A stretch of 63,976 nucleotides of DNA, filler included, from Ionaspis alba (Eukaryota), in the NCBI GenBank assembly GCA_964255285.1. It is 4 parts of 4 records of this genome, joined end to end, with 100 filler letters (N's around TTAATTAATTAA, not from the genome) between each part and the next. Parts side by side here need not be neighbours in the genome. Positions count along the whole stretch, not along the records: positions 32,355 to 48,329 come from CAXUUL010000357.1; positions 48,430 to 63,976 come from CAXUUL010000371.1; 2 more parts are not named here. One strand, 5' to 3'. Below the pieces are notes generated by a model. It did no database searches. It saw nothing but the letters and a program-made list of their open reading frames with translations, and was not told where the DNA came from. Within the stretch, counting starts at the first letter, position 1. Every line of letters starts with the position of its first letter. Below are positions 39,101 through 49,180 of this stretch, in pieces. The position numbers and the translations under genes are program-made.

Positions 39101-42100
39101 CTTGGGATTTCGCCCTCAGACGACGTCGGTCTCGAAGATTACGAACTTCGTGCGAAAGATCGAGGGTCTTGAACCTCTGTTGTAAGTGACCAAGGATGTC
39201 TACGATCACGGATGCCGTTTCCGTGAAAAGATTGATCTCAAGGCCGTCACTCTTAATTAGATACGAGCGCACAGTGTCGCCAGCATCATTCCTTTTTGAA
39301 CTACCCCTGAATGATATGGCAAGCTCAACATTGCCACATGGTGAATAGTCTAGCTTTTTGGCTCGTTCCAGAAGTACCTTGATACCCTGACAACCCACTT
39401 CAATTTCCGGAAAGTGGAGTACTTCTCTCGATTCGATGCCATGGTTGGATACTTTGAAGGATACATAGCCAACCTCGAAATGTAATCGTGCTGAGCTGTC
39501 CTTCCCCTTGACAATAGTTGTGCCAATGTCTAACCCGGCGGTAGTTACACGGCCAAGATACAGTATCTCGTCCTTGGGCGCAGGCGTTACGGTTTTGGAA
39601 GTACCGACATCAACAATTCCGTTGAAATGACTGCTGATGAGATCGATATCATGAACAATGCTCGTCCTGAAGCTTGAGAGTTCTGCTCTTGACAGAGTCG
39701 AAACGAGTCCGTGTACTGCGGATGCATCTAGATTGACCTTCTCTACGCCGATAAAGACCGTAATGGAGCGTATAGAGTCTCTCTTACCAAGAACCACGCG
39801 TCCCGTCACAGAAGGCATTGGAAGTTCAGATATCTGCTGAGCTGAGCCATTGACATAGTTTAAGAAGGTATGCGTGTTTTCTTTGACGTCGAAGTTCAGC
39901 ATCAGGCCTTCAGCCTGCCTCACTGTAGGGCTCATTGAGCATCGTATGACTGCTCCATTGATCATATATCTCAAGGAAGGTAAAACTGTGAGTGCGACAC
40001 TGTATCCATCGAGAAACAAGTTTGCATGAATCTTTGTGACTATCGATTTGCTTGGATCAGGCACAGTTTGATCAGGGGTATTGACTTTGAACGAGTTGAG
40101 CATCATGTAGACAGAGGCGAACTCATCGCCTAGCACGAGATCCGCTACGCCTAGGAGGCCCAGCAGATCTTCACGAATGTCAGTATCAATTTTGCTGCAC
40201 AGAGCAGCAACCTGTAGAACATTCTCGGTCACGCTGCCGGACTGGCGATGCTGCAAAGCTATTTGAATGCTAGGGTCCAATAGCTCCGTAATCATCAACT
40301 CCTTTGTATGGGTAGATAGCTCACAAGTGACTATTTCAGAGTTGACAATACCTGAGACATCGATTCCCGCAGTCGGGGTCGTAGATAGTATGAGGGATGT
40401 TGAGAGACCTTGATTGAGCGCTGCAATCCCCAGGTTTATGCTGTCGAACTTGAAGTCGCTGCTCCTCACCACTAATATGAGGTGGACGCTTTGCTCATCT
40501 AGGACAGAGAGTCGTTTTGGAGTGTCTTCAGCAGGTTCTGTTTCTGCCGATATCAAGCGAATTGAATGTTCATGGAAGTCTTCAACAATCTTGCACAGCT
40601 CCCAGTTGAGATGCGCGGACGCTTTTGCACAAGAGATCTCCACGATGGACACCCTTCTCTTAGCGGCTGACACTGGCCCATTCTGTAGGCTCACTATTAC
40701 TGATTGCGTAGAGGTCATGTCAACAAACAGATTCTCAAGCGTTATCGCATTCCCTTCTGGGCCAGGATCGATGAGTAGCTGTAATCTTCCAGCTTTCAAC
40801 GAGAACTTGTATGGATTCAGCGGCGAAGCCGGCGCGCTGGCTTGGTTTGTTGTCGAAGATCCAAAGACTTGATGGAGTAAAGGGCTTGCTTGAATATGCT
40901 GAAGATCCCAAGACCTCCATTGATTGAAATTCGCTATGACCTCTTCCCTGGCTTTCGGCGGAAGCACTATGGGTCCTTCAATTATTTTCTCGTTAAGTTG
41001 CTGCCTGGCTTCGATGGACAGCTGCTGCAGCACAAAGCGGAGCCGAGATACCACTTTCCATGTATCACTAGATCTTGGATGGACTACAGCACTACGTAGT
41101 ACATACGAGGCACTGGTCAGGAACGCAGGATCAGGCACCTCAGGGTCGTGCTTTGCCAGAGAAAAGACCAAATATCGGGCTCGAGATTTCTGGTTCGTTG
41201 CAGACTTATCGAACTGGTGGATTATGGGTTCGAGTAAGCCTAACGTGCGGCTGAACATCGATACCAAAGGCGTGATGCTCCTCTTGAGGCTGATCACTTG
41301 AAGATCTTGGAATTGGAGCTCGCCACGTAGTCCCTGATTGACAACCAGCCACGATATCACATTACTTAAAGCGAGGTTCAGTTGTGCCTCTGGTTTCAGC
41401 TCTTCAATTTGCGTACTAGTTGCAACTATACTCAACCGCTTCATGGACATATGAAGAGAAGTCGGCGGCTTCTCAAGCTCTTCACCGAGCTCAGTGTTTG
41501 GCGCTAGCCTAGCCGTGAGGACGAGCTTGGAGGCATTGACATCAAAACATTGTCGTTCTCGACTGACAGTCTCGCGTAGATGAGCTTCGTTCTTGAAGCG
41601 TATCAAGGCGAAAGGTATCTCGAGTCGGAGCTGAGTGGGCTTCGGTGCGGGAGTTTCAGAGGTATCTGAGAGAACCTTCTCCATCGCGCTGATCTGCAAA
41701 TTATCCAGGAGAGTCTCCGATGATTGAGTTTGTAATGCATTGAGCAAAGAATTGGCGTAGGTCAGCGCGTGAGGCGTACAAAGACCTGTGATTCCAGATA
41801 TAAATTCGACCATGAAAGTCGTATGTGGTTGTTCACCACTTAGAACTTGTACAGAGTCCTTATCGCCCCAAAGTTCGCGCGGTCGATTCGGTTCTAAATC
41901 CTCAATCCTCGCTGTAGACGGTATATCCAGCAAATCCGGCCTGAGAGACAGAAGTGGAAAGTACGGAACCTCGTATGAGCTGGAGAAAGTAATACTCGAC
42001 CCCAGTAGCTCTGTGCGGTTTCCCTTTTCGAGGTTCTCGCTACTATGAATGAAGGAATGTTGCCTAGTGGAGCGATTAGTTGAGCTTGCCCAACCTGCGG

Positions 42101-45100
42101 CCCGTGTTGAGGAAATTGATGGACGGATGGCAGGACCGGGATCTTGTGGCACAGAGTGCTCATGTTTTGATTCTGTTGATGCGGATGGTCGCATATGGCG
42201 AATTGACCTAGCAGAGAAGAATGAGTTATACCCGCTCATGGATCGTTTCGAAGCTACAGAGCCTGAAGAGGAAGATTTTTGTATACGGTAGCTCTCTGTA
42301 GTATCAAAGTCATGGACAGGTTCAGGCATGGGCGGGAACGGCATTGCCGGTATTCGGGTCTTTGACCATTGACTGACCTGGGGTGCCAACTGCGGTGCGG
42401 GTTCGTTATGCAATAGCCATGGAGTCCTCTTAGTTCGGGCATCGTGTGTAGAAAGGTGGTCTTGCTGTAGGCGTCTTTCTGTGCTGAATTGAGGCTTAGT
42501 TTCCACCATTCGAACGTCAATTGTTGTTTGGAAATAAGCATAGGTAGCACTCTCTGGGTTTGAACCGTTGCGCGTTCGTGACACCCTACGGTTTTCCATA
42601 CATATCAATCTTATGTTAGGAACTGCTAAGTGGAGACGATCGGAGAATTGCATGCCTGCCCAGTCATTGAATTCCACGTTGATGCCGTCAGTACTGAACA
42701 AAAAAGCTGCATTGTCTATGGGGACGATAACCTTGACAGGTTCGATCTTAGCACGAAGGAATGTCACGTCATGTAAGATAAGCGGAGCAAAAGGTGGCAA
42801 CGCGTTCTCTGCATCAGAAAACGTAAAAGCAATACAGTTCAGTGCCGAAAGCAGTGATGACAGGAAGTCGGCAGTGCACTCGCCGGTAACAGCACCAACG
42901 TTGAAGTCCCAGTTACACACATATGTCGGCTCATCAGGTGGAAGTCCAAAAAGGCGATGACCAGAGATGACAATCCCGTCAAGAAAGACTTGGGTGCTCG
43001 AATCAGAATCTTCACTGAATACCTGGGGATCACCCGTCGTCAATCGAGATATAGATAAAGGGCTGAAGGAGACATCAAGGTCCATGTAGTAGTTGGTAAA
43101 GCGAAGGTCCAACAAGATTGAAGAAAGGTCCAGCTTGATATTTTCTTTCGCCGAGTAGAGATTGGCCGGAAGCATCAAACTAGCGTCGCTGGCATTGACA
43201 GTCAAGATAACATCAATATCATTAGTAGGCCTAGCATGTTGTAGGTCTTGACCAGTAAGAAGCAGCTCACGCGGCTTGTTGATGTGTCGTTGATATTCAT
43301 CCAGAGTTTGGAAGTGGAGATCAATTCCGAAGTAATTGTCTTTCAGTGCCATGAAGTACCTAATTAGAAAGCCGTAGAGATGGATTGTGGGTGCGACTCC
43401 ATCAATGTTCAAAAGGACTGTATCTGTCAAAGTTGGCCCAGTTGAGGTTCGATAAGCGTAGGAGCCATCAACCCGAAGCTCTTTGAGTGTCGCCACATCC
43501 GAAGTATCAAGTAAAGTATGCTGAGTATTCCAAGTGGGAGTGAGTAATTTGAATCCACCATGGTAAGCATCAACATCGAAGGTCACCTTGTTACTCAGCG
43601 GCCGGTAAGTCAGTGCCGGAATCCCAATATCAACGTTAAGCTCCTTGCCCCATATGAGAAGCAAAGTATTATCATCAAGGGCGGACGGGTTGTTGATAAT
43701 ATTAGCGTCGTTGGCATTCAGATAGAGCTTGAAATTGGGGAAACAGAGTTTGAGAGCATAACTGAACGGAACAAAAGTATAAAAGTCTGCTGGCGGTCCC
43801 ATCAGCCAGTCGCTGATCAGATCTGACAGTAAAAATTGGTGGTCCCGCAGTAGAAAGAGATCTAGCTCTTCACTGCGAACATCGATCGACCAAGAACGCG
43901 GCGTGTTCCATTCTCGCGGATTAGAGAGATCACAATTGATTGTTTGAGACTTCGACCGCCACAAAAGTCCATGATTGACACTGGTTGACATTTCTGGAGC
44001 CTTGAGGTCGAGATCGAGCATGTTGCGGTAGCCCGATGCAGAAGCTATCATATCCATTGTATACGCAATGGAGCTATCCGCTGCCACTGTGATATCAAGC
44101 CAACCATAGGGACGTACCTCAGGATTCAGAGTAGGCTTGCCGCTTCGTTTCACTTTCGACGAAGTCCTTCTCCTCTCGGGCCGATTCTCTAAGTCGCCGG
44201 CAGTGGCCGCATGATCCTTCCATTTCCAGTCCTTTGACTCTTCTCTGGTTGGTATACGAAGTGTGACCTCACGATCCAGCTCAATGACGACCTTGAAGAC
44301 CGTGCTGATTCTAGTATCTCCTGGTTGTAGCTTCGCAGGAACGATGGCATCAGCGGAAAGTGACGGGAAGAAGAAAGATTGTAGATATGTTCGCTGCCGA
44401 TCTGCCCAAGGACCATAGGTGACTTTGCCCCCACCGACCCTGAGATTCAATCCCCACGCAGGTGGTTTGTTCCCATTGATGTCGAGCGAAGCTTGAGAGC
44501 CACGTTGGCTATGGTCTTCGGGATTCAATGTAACAGGACCCGGGACATCCCAGAAAAAGCTCATTACAACAGAAGGAGAATCAACAATGTCGTAGACGCT
44601 ACCATACTCAACAGCCTTCCAGCGCTCCTGTTCAGCGTGACCATCTTCATCCTCTTCCAGATACCTTGACAGCCCCTGCCATGTTTCTTGGTGATGACCT
44701 TCTCCGGAATGTGTGGCTATGGTGCGCTTAGACTCTGGTGTAGTTGATCCTTTTTGTCCTCGTGAACTTGTCAAGCTAGAAACTAACCATCGTGGGAATT
44801 GAGATACATGGTGCCAGATTCCGTGACGGTTAGAAGACCTCCTCGGTTTCCTTGGGGTCTGGTCTGCTTTTCCCTTTCCGCCCCTCAGAATCGCCGCCGC
44901 TTCTAGTTGACTCTCTTTGTATTCTTGGTTAGGTTTCAACTGTACAATGGGGTGCTCAAATTCCAAGTCGAAGGATTGCTGATACAGATCTAGGGTTCCG
45001 GAAGCACGTGCGTCCACTTGTCCCCTTGCATGATCGAACCTAGTTATAAGTACCGACCGAGTATTTTCGTTACCAACAACAATGGCCCCTTTCTTGCATT

Positions 45101-45908
45101 CGACACCGATCGGTAAGAAATTCAGGAAGGTAGGCATTGGATAGCTAGAAACGGGTTGAGAAGTGGAGTTTGAATTGGTGTGGGAAATTGATGCCGTCTT
45201 ATCGTTCGAAGTCGTTCGACCTCCAGTCTTTTCTTCTAGACAATCCGAGGGGCTTGGGGTATATGCTGTCAAATCTTCTGTAGTCACTGGACTTCGAGAT
45301 GTGCCAGTTGCTGCCTTCTCCGCATCCTTTCCATTTTGAGATGGCAATCCAATACCGGCAGGTTTGGACATGCCAGCTAGCACGGTATCATATGCTGGAG
45401 TGCGATTGTAGACAAACCATTCTAATCCACGAGCCTCGACAACCACTCGGCAAGGCAAGTCTTGAAGAGCACCTTTCCCCGCCTGTTCATGGAGAACGCC
45501 CGCCCGCTCTTGCCTGCCATTTACACCGATTTTCTCATTTCCAGCTACTGCTTGCGTTTTTAATCCATTTTGACCAATATCCACCTGTCTGACTCTCCGA
45601 AGCCAGTACCTCCAAGTGATGTAGCCATCATGCACCAGTATCGTCTCGTTTCTCCCATGATAACGCACACCTTTGAAGAAGATTCTTCCACCGAGGAGGG
45701 AGAATTGAAGAGCTTGGACATTGACATAGGCCTGATACTTGTGCCATACCCAAGCCCGAATAGCATTTGAGACGATGAAAGCGAACAGGCGGTTGAAGTA
45801 GAACAGGAAGAGGATCGTAACGGCGCTGAAGCCTAGGAACTCGACAAGGAAAATATAGTCGAAGTCATGGAGTGAAAGGGCACGCCGCGCCAGAACACCA
45901 TCCGCCAT
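36195..45908 (-). CDS. CSF1: Csf1 / BLTP1-family bridge-like lipid transfer protein
   Basis: Intronless 3237-aa ORF. N-terminal TM..FYFNRLFA..QFSLLGGRIFFKGVRYHG.NETI..GYITWRYWL; YGPWADRQR; C-terminal PQLRDMGEATPPLEWIGLHRERLP. Confidence 0.95.
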   Translation of the reverse strand: MADGVLARRALSLHDFDYIFLVEFLGFSAVTILFLFYFNRLFAFIVSNAIRAWVWHKYQAYVNVQALQFSLLGGRIFFKGVRYHGRNETILVHDGYITWRYWLRRVRQVDIGQNGLKTQAVAGNEKIGVNGRQERAGVLHEQAGKGALQDLPCRVVVEARGLEWFVYNRTPAYDTVLAGMSKPAGIGLPSQNGKDAEKAATGTSRSPVTTEDLTAYTPSPSDCLEEKTGGRTTSNDKTASISHTNSNSTSQPVSSYPMPTFLNFLPIGVECKKGAIVVGNENTRSVLITRFDHARGQVDARASGTLDLYQQSFDLEFEHPIVQLKPNQEYKESQLEAAAILRGGKGKADQTPRKPRRSSNRHGIWHHVSQFPRWLVSSLTSSRGQKGSTTPESKRTIATHSGEGHHQETWQGLSRYLEEDEDGHAEQERWKAVEYGSVYDIVDSPSVVMSFFWDVPGPVTLNPEDHSQRGSQASLDINGNKPPAWGLNLRVGGGKVTYGPWADRQRTYLQSFFFPSLSADAIVPAKLQPGDTRISTVFKVVIELDREVTLRIPTREESKDWKWKDHAATAGDLENRPERRRTSSKVKRSGKPTLNPEVRPYGWLDITVAADSSIAYTMDMIASASGYRNMLDLDLKAPEMSTSVNHGLLWRSKSQTINCDLSNPREWNTPRSWSIDVRSEELDLFLLRDHQFLLSDLISDWLMGPPADFYTFVPFSYALKLCFPNFKLYLNANDANIINNPSALDDNTLLLIWGKELNVDIGIPALTYRPLSNKVTFDVDAYHGGFKLLTPTWNTQHTLLDTSDVATLKELRVDGSYAYRTSTGPTLTDTVLLNIDGVAPTIHLYGFLIRYFMALKDNYFGIDLHFQTLDEYQRHINKPRELLLTGQDLQHARPTNDIDVILTVNASDASLMLPANLYSAKENIKLDLSSILLDLRFTNYYMDLDVSFSPLSISRLTTGDPQVFSEDSDSSTQVFLDGIVISGHRLFGLPPDEPTYVCNWDFNVGAVTGECTADFLSSLLSALNCIAFTFSDAENALPPFAPLILHDVTFLRAKIEPVKVIVPIDNAAFLFSTDGINVEFNDWAGMQFSDRLHLAVPNIRLICMENRRVSRTRNGSNPESATYAYFQTTIDVRMVETKPQFSTERRLQQDHLSTHDARTKRTPWLLHNEPAPQLAPQVSQWSKTRIPAMPFPPMPEPVHDFDTTESYRIQKSSSSGSVASKRSMSGYNSFFSARSIRHMRPSASTESKHEHSVPQDPGPAIRPSISSTRAAGWASSTNRSTRQHSFIHSSENLEKGNRTELLGSSITFSSSYEVPYFPLLSLRPDLLDIPSTARIEDLEPNRPRELWGDKDSVQVLSGEQPHTTFMVEFISGITGLCTPHALTYANSLLNALQTQSSETLLDNLQISAMEKVLSDTSETPAPKPTQLRLEIPFALIRFKNEAHLRETVSRERQCFDVNASKLVLTARLAPNTELGEELEKPPTSLHMSMKRLSIVATSTQIEELKPEAQLNLALSNVISWLVVNQGLRGELQFQDLQVISLKRSITPLVSMFSRTLGLLEPIIHQFDKSATNQKSRARYLVFSLAKHDPEVPDPAFLTSASYVLRSAVVHPRSSDTWKVVSRLRFVLQQLSIEARQQLNEKIIEGPIVLPPKAREEVIANFNQWRSWDLQHIQASPLLHQVFGSSTTNQASAPASPLNPYKFSLKAGRLQLLIDPGPEGNAITLENLFVDMTSTQSVIVSLQNGPVSAAKRRVSIVEISCAKASAHLNWELCKIVEDFHEHSIRLISAETEPAEDTPKRLSVLDEQSVHLILVVRSSDFKFDSINLGIAALNQGLSTSLILSTTPTAGIDVSGIVNSEIVTCELSTHTKELMITELLDPSIQIALQHRQSGSVTENVLQVAALCSKIDTDIREDLLGLLGVADLVLGDEFASVYMMLNSFKVNTPDQTVPDPSKSIVTKIHANLFLDGYSVALTVLPSLRYMINGAVIRCSMSPTVRQAEGLMLNFDVKENTHTFLNYVNGSAQQISELPMPSVTGRVVLGKRDSIRSITVFIGVEKVNLDASAVHGLVSTLSRAELSSFRTSIVHDIDLISSHFNGIVDVGTSKTVTPAPKDEILYLGRVTTAGLDIGTTIVKGKDSSARLHFEVGYVSFKVSNHGIESREVLHFPEIEVGCQGIKVLLERAKKLDYSPCGNVELAISFRGSSKRNDAGDTVRSYLIKSDGLEINLFTETASVIVDILGHLQQRFKTLDLSHEVRNLRDRRRLRAKSQALMLESPKSESKSEEEELSETLFKSMYALEVNNIQVSWRVGDLAPSSPGHEVEDLVLTVARIDLATQKHNAARLTIESFQLQMVPVSQSRTERSFNSALLPEVVFNVAYLSTSKDRRFAFQAAGKSLDLRLTSQFILPASDLQRSIAIASQELRKVVADWNASWPQSEGQTKNVLGNKKLSSLLVDADFAGASVYIQGKKVSDPQLIANNMLRGGRLPQHGRYGQFTHEDASSSTTLRAPGIAVKVEYKNLGVDDPSLNAEIKVDASTNVLFPTIVPLILEISSSVKEIVGEPEEKLMDTDSKPAASKFLDDKALQTADPVAILGDCRLNLGLRICRQQFSLSCQPIARVAATAQFENIYITVNTVQSTDQSRFFAVSAVFSRPQASVQHVYSRESTGGFEVESINISLMNSKHVSANKGLSAIVKISPTKVLINVKQLHDFLLFREIWIPVEMRHSQPASSPPTSPDSPAFAVQRYQQVAAAGAFPWNATLSITKLDVQLDLGQALGKSKFSITDFWVSSKKTSDWEQNLCLGFDRISIDSTGRMSGAVVLQNLQLRTSIWWPAREEVERQTPLIQASFAFDDLRIKIAFDYQAFLVADIASLDFLMYNLRHTHLSGGDRLVGIVKGDKIQAFCTTSSSAQGLGLYQAVQRLIQDKQSAYQTSLKDIEKYLRRNSSVVQSIIQPTSKPPQKTSEVASKAPIRLQTNVVVAIGTINIGAFPSTFYDNQIFKLEALDASARFTVAFEDDKVQSDLGLTLGQLRIALSSVSKPSAPKTLGEVSVEEVVQSATSSRGGTILKVPKVVATMQTWQAPESYQIDYIFKSSFEGKVEVGWNYSRISFIRGMWAKHSRALAQRLGKPLPPSALQITGGPEPDSGVDNDQPSSSGEQEKITAVVNVPQSKYQYTALEPPIIETPQLRDMGEATPPLEWIGLHRERLPNLTHQIIIVTLLEVAKEVDDAYSKILGSS

Positions 45909-46370
45909 TCTGGCTCTGGGCCATTGCTACCCCGTCAGCCGCCTCTCATGTTATGTAAAGAAGCAGCAGTACCCTCTGCCATGAATAGGACAACTTATGG
46001 GGCCAGGTAGGCAATATAGGCGATCAATGTCTTAGTAGAATTTAATATTCTTGCTGACTCGATCGGCGAGTACAAGCTTCAGCACTGACAGAAAATAAGG
46101 TTACGTCGTTTGTGGCGCCTGCACATTATGGTCAAGGGTCCGCGTCTGGGCCTCTATCGTCATTGCAACAGCCTCCAAAACAGCTTGAACTTGTAGCCAC
46201 GGAACGCACTTTCCTTCGTTTTCTCGGAATATACTGCAAGCTTATCTGTTGGGCATCTGTTAGAAACCGCCTTTAGAGCTTCAGTTGCTCAAATATTCTC
46301 GGACACATGTATCGTCCAGGGAAAATCACATTCACCCCAATCCTCTAGGCTCCTATCCGAAAATCTCAAG

Positions 46371-48329
46371 ATGGGGGAGCAGAACTCAAACAGAGGGACT
46401 GGCTCCAAGCTTACAACAGCCACTATTATAGTGTGTGGTGTTGCTGCACTGGTGGCATCCTTGATTTCCTTCTTGTAAGGGTTCTTAAGCACACTACTAA
46501 GATGAAGACGAAACACCTGCTGATACAACATGGTTTCTTAGATCAATATGGCTCCAAACGTTTGAGACCCATCATTGCCACTAAACCTATTACCATCTGA
46601 CTTCCTCTAGAAAAAACTACCGGAAGCCTCTGCTGCAACGATACGTCATCCGGATCCTGCTCATGTACGACCACCTCAAAGCCACAAGAAACGCCTAGAC
46701 ACTGACATGACCAGGGTACCTATATATTCCGCAGCATCATTCGGGAGTCTCATGTCACTGAAAGCGGCATTCTATTTGGACCCTATAAGAGACGTCTACG
46801 AGGTATGCCATGGCCGAACAAGGTTGAACATCCACTTATCAGCAGAATAGGCGTTCACAATTTATACCTTCTTCCAGCTCCTGATCAACTTTCTTGGCGG
46901 TGAAAGATCACTGATCATAATGATGCACGGCCGCCGACCAGTGCATCACCCATGGCCCTTAACCAACTGCCTTGCACAGGTAGATATATCCGACCCCCAC
47001 ACCTTTCTGGCAATCAAAAGAGGAATCTTGCAATATGCCTGGCTAAAACCAATCCTCGGTCTCGCCACCATCATCATGAAGGCCACAAACACTTACAAAG
47101 AAGGATATATCGAATTGGACTCTGGCTACCTGTGGTTAGGTATCCTCTACAACGCCAGTGTCACTTTGAGTCTCTACTCCTTGGCAATGTTCTGGGTGTG
47201 CATGTCTCAAGACCTCCAACCCTTCCGACCCGTTCCAAAGTTCCTCTGCGTCAAATTGATAATCTTCGCTTCCTACTGGCAAGGGTTTTTCCTATCCATT
47301 CTGCAATATCTCAACCTCATCTCGAATAACGTACCAGGCTACACAGCCGACAACCTTGCAGCGGCCATTCAAGACGCTTTGATCTGTTGCGAAATGCCCA
47401 TCTTTGCCATTTCCCATTGGTATGCATTTTCGTGGCATGATTACGCCGACGTGACCATATCGGCTGCTCGGATGCCCGTGAAGTATGCGATCCGGGATGC
47501 CTTTGGCATTCGAGATCTCATCGAGGACACAAAAGAGACTTTTGCGGGCAAACGCTATGAGTATAGAGCTTTTGATAGTGGTGACAATGTTCTGGCGCAT
47601 GAAGAGTCTGGCTCCAGAGTGGCTAGAATGATGCAGGGTATGAGGTATGAAAGAGGGGGCAAAGGCAAGTACTGGATACCCAAGCCAGGGGAAGTCAACG
47701 CTCGTACACCACTGTTGGGTGGAAAGTCAGGTCCGACCCGAGCTAGGTCCATCAGTCCGAGGAGGACCGGAGGAGTGCTGGATGATGAAAGAGGTTCGGA
47801 CAATGTGGAAGAAGTTCAAATCGATGAGAATGACGAGAGGCTTTTCGAACGTGCGAAGAGATTGGAGTTTGGTGATTGGAATGTTCGTTATCATCCTCCT
47901 TGACATCTAAGAACAGTGCACTAACCACATGACAGTACCCCGTCATAACAGCCCACGTCCCCTCCAGCGAACGCTGGCTGCGCTCCGAACCCGAAATCCT
48001 CACGACCTCCACGAACCGCAATCTGCTCAACCCCACCAAATCCGACAAAAGCAGACGCGAAAGCCATGTCCAAAAACGAGGCAACAAAGGCAAGCACCGC
48101 AAAACCTCCAGCAGTGGCAAATCCCGCTCTCGGGCTCCAGTGGTCAATGGCCTGATTCGCGAGAACTCGTCCAATTCTTCCAAGTCGGCTAAGTCCGGAA
48201 GGAGCCAGCTAGTGGATCTGGTGGTGGAGGATAAGGATGCTGAGGAGACGGAACGGGTGAGAGCAAGGAAGGAGGGAGGGGCGATTTGGAATGAGGATGA
48301 GCCGCAGCATTTTGTGTATGTTGTCAGCC
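46371..48329 (+). CDS. TMEM184/OST-alpha family membrane protein (Hfl1-like), 3' truncated by contig end
   Basis: ATG at 46371, multi-exon. Motifs KNYRKPLLQRYVIRILLM|VPIYS, RDVYE|AFTIYTFFQLLINFLGGERSL and PKFLCVKLIIFASYWQG. Confidence 0.9.
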
Positions 48330-48429
48330 NNNNNNNNNNNNNNNNNNNNNNNNNNNNNNNNNNNNNNNNNNNNTTAATTAATTAANNNNNNNNNNNNNNN
48401 NNNNNNNNNNNNNNNNNNNNNNNNNNNNN
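48330..48429. other. Artificial contig-joining spacer
   Basis: 44 N + TTAATTAATTAA (48374-48385) + 44 N. Confidence 0.97.
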
Positions 48430-49180
48430 ATGCAAGACAGTGTGACAGTACCACGATGTGTCACCTTACCCGCAGCATCACGTGTCGTGACCATGAAGGA
48501 TTGCAAGCTGTTCTTACCCGCTTTCATATCTTCGTTTTTGGATGCAGATGAGCTCGACTTCGACGCCTTCGACTCGGATTTCTATTCTGCTTAGCTACCT
48601 TGTATTCGTCTTGACCTTGACAGATAGTCGCTATGTGGAAATGGACTTACCGAGCCTCCATTTGGTGTACTAAGCTTAGCCATTTGCCTTGGGTCTCTCT
48701 TCACTGCATTGGCGCCTGAAGGTGCAGGCGCTCCAGGTGCCGGTGCTATTCCAGCAGCTCCCGGTACTGCTTGCATGACTGCGGAAGTAAGTTCTCGCCT
48801 GGTCAAGCCCCAGGCTTGAGAGACTCTAGCGAATAGCCACTGTTGCCAAAAATCAGCCGTCGGTGGAACACTAGAATGTGGAGCACGTATACCCCATTGA
48901 AAAGCGTGGCATCAACGAGGGCGATAGTCGTGGCAGCTGTTGCCGCGACAAACAGGACATCAGATCCGGAAAGTGTAATGGTCCAAGAGCTGCCGTCTGC
49001 GTGCGTCTCTCCATAGGAAGCCCTCTTCGATATCTCGTGACCACCATGCTGAGGGGAGAGCCCAGCCTCGTAGGTTATCGGGATCGACGAACCCAATCTA
49101 TGCTGTGGAACATAGGCAAAGACAGGACGACAGACGCATGACATTGCTATCCAGCAGCTGAGAAAAATTGAAGCGCGCAT
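48430..49180 (-). CDS. Orphan secreted prepro-protein with Kex2 (KR) sites; 3' end truncated by contig end
   Basis: Exons 49180-48893, 48839-48651 and ~48581-<48430. Introns are GT..CTGAT..CAG and GTAAGT..CTAAG..AG. A signal-peptide-like N-terminus MRASIFLSCWIAMSCVCRPVFA is followed by ISKR|ASYGETHADGSSW..., a hydrophobic segment, TRR, and AVKR|DPR. Confidence 0.65.

Noticed and set aside
36011..45770. Many antisense or alternate-frame ORFs over CSF1 (likewise over EF-2, ime2 and LYS2)
   Set aside because: These are shadow ORFs of long coding regions with no independent motifs.
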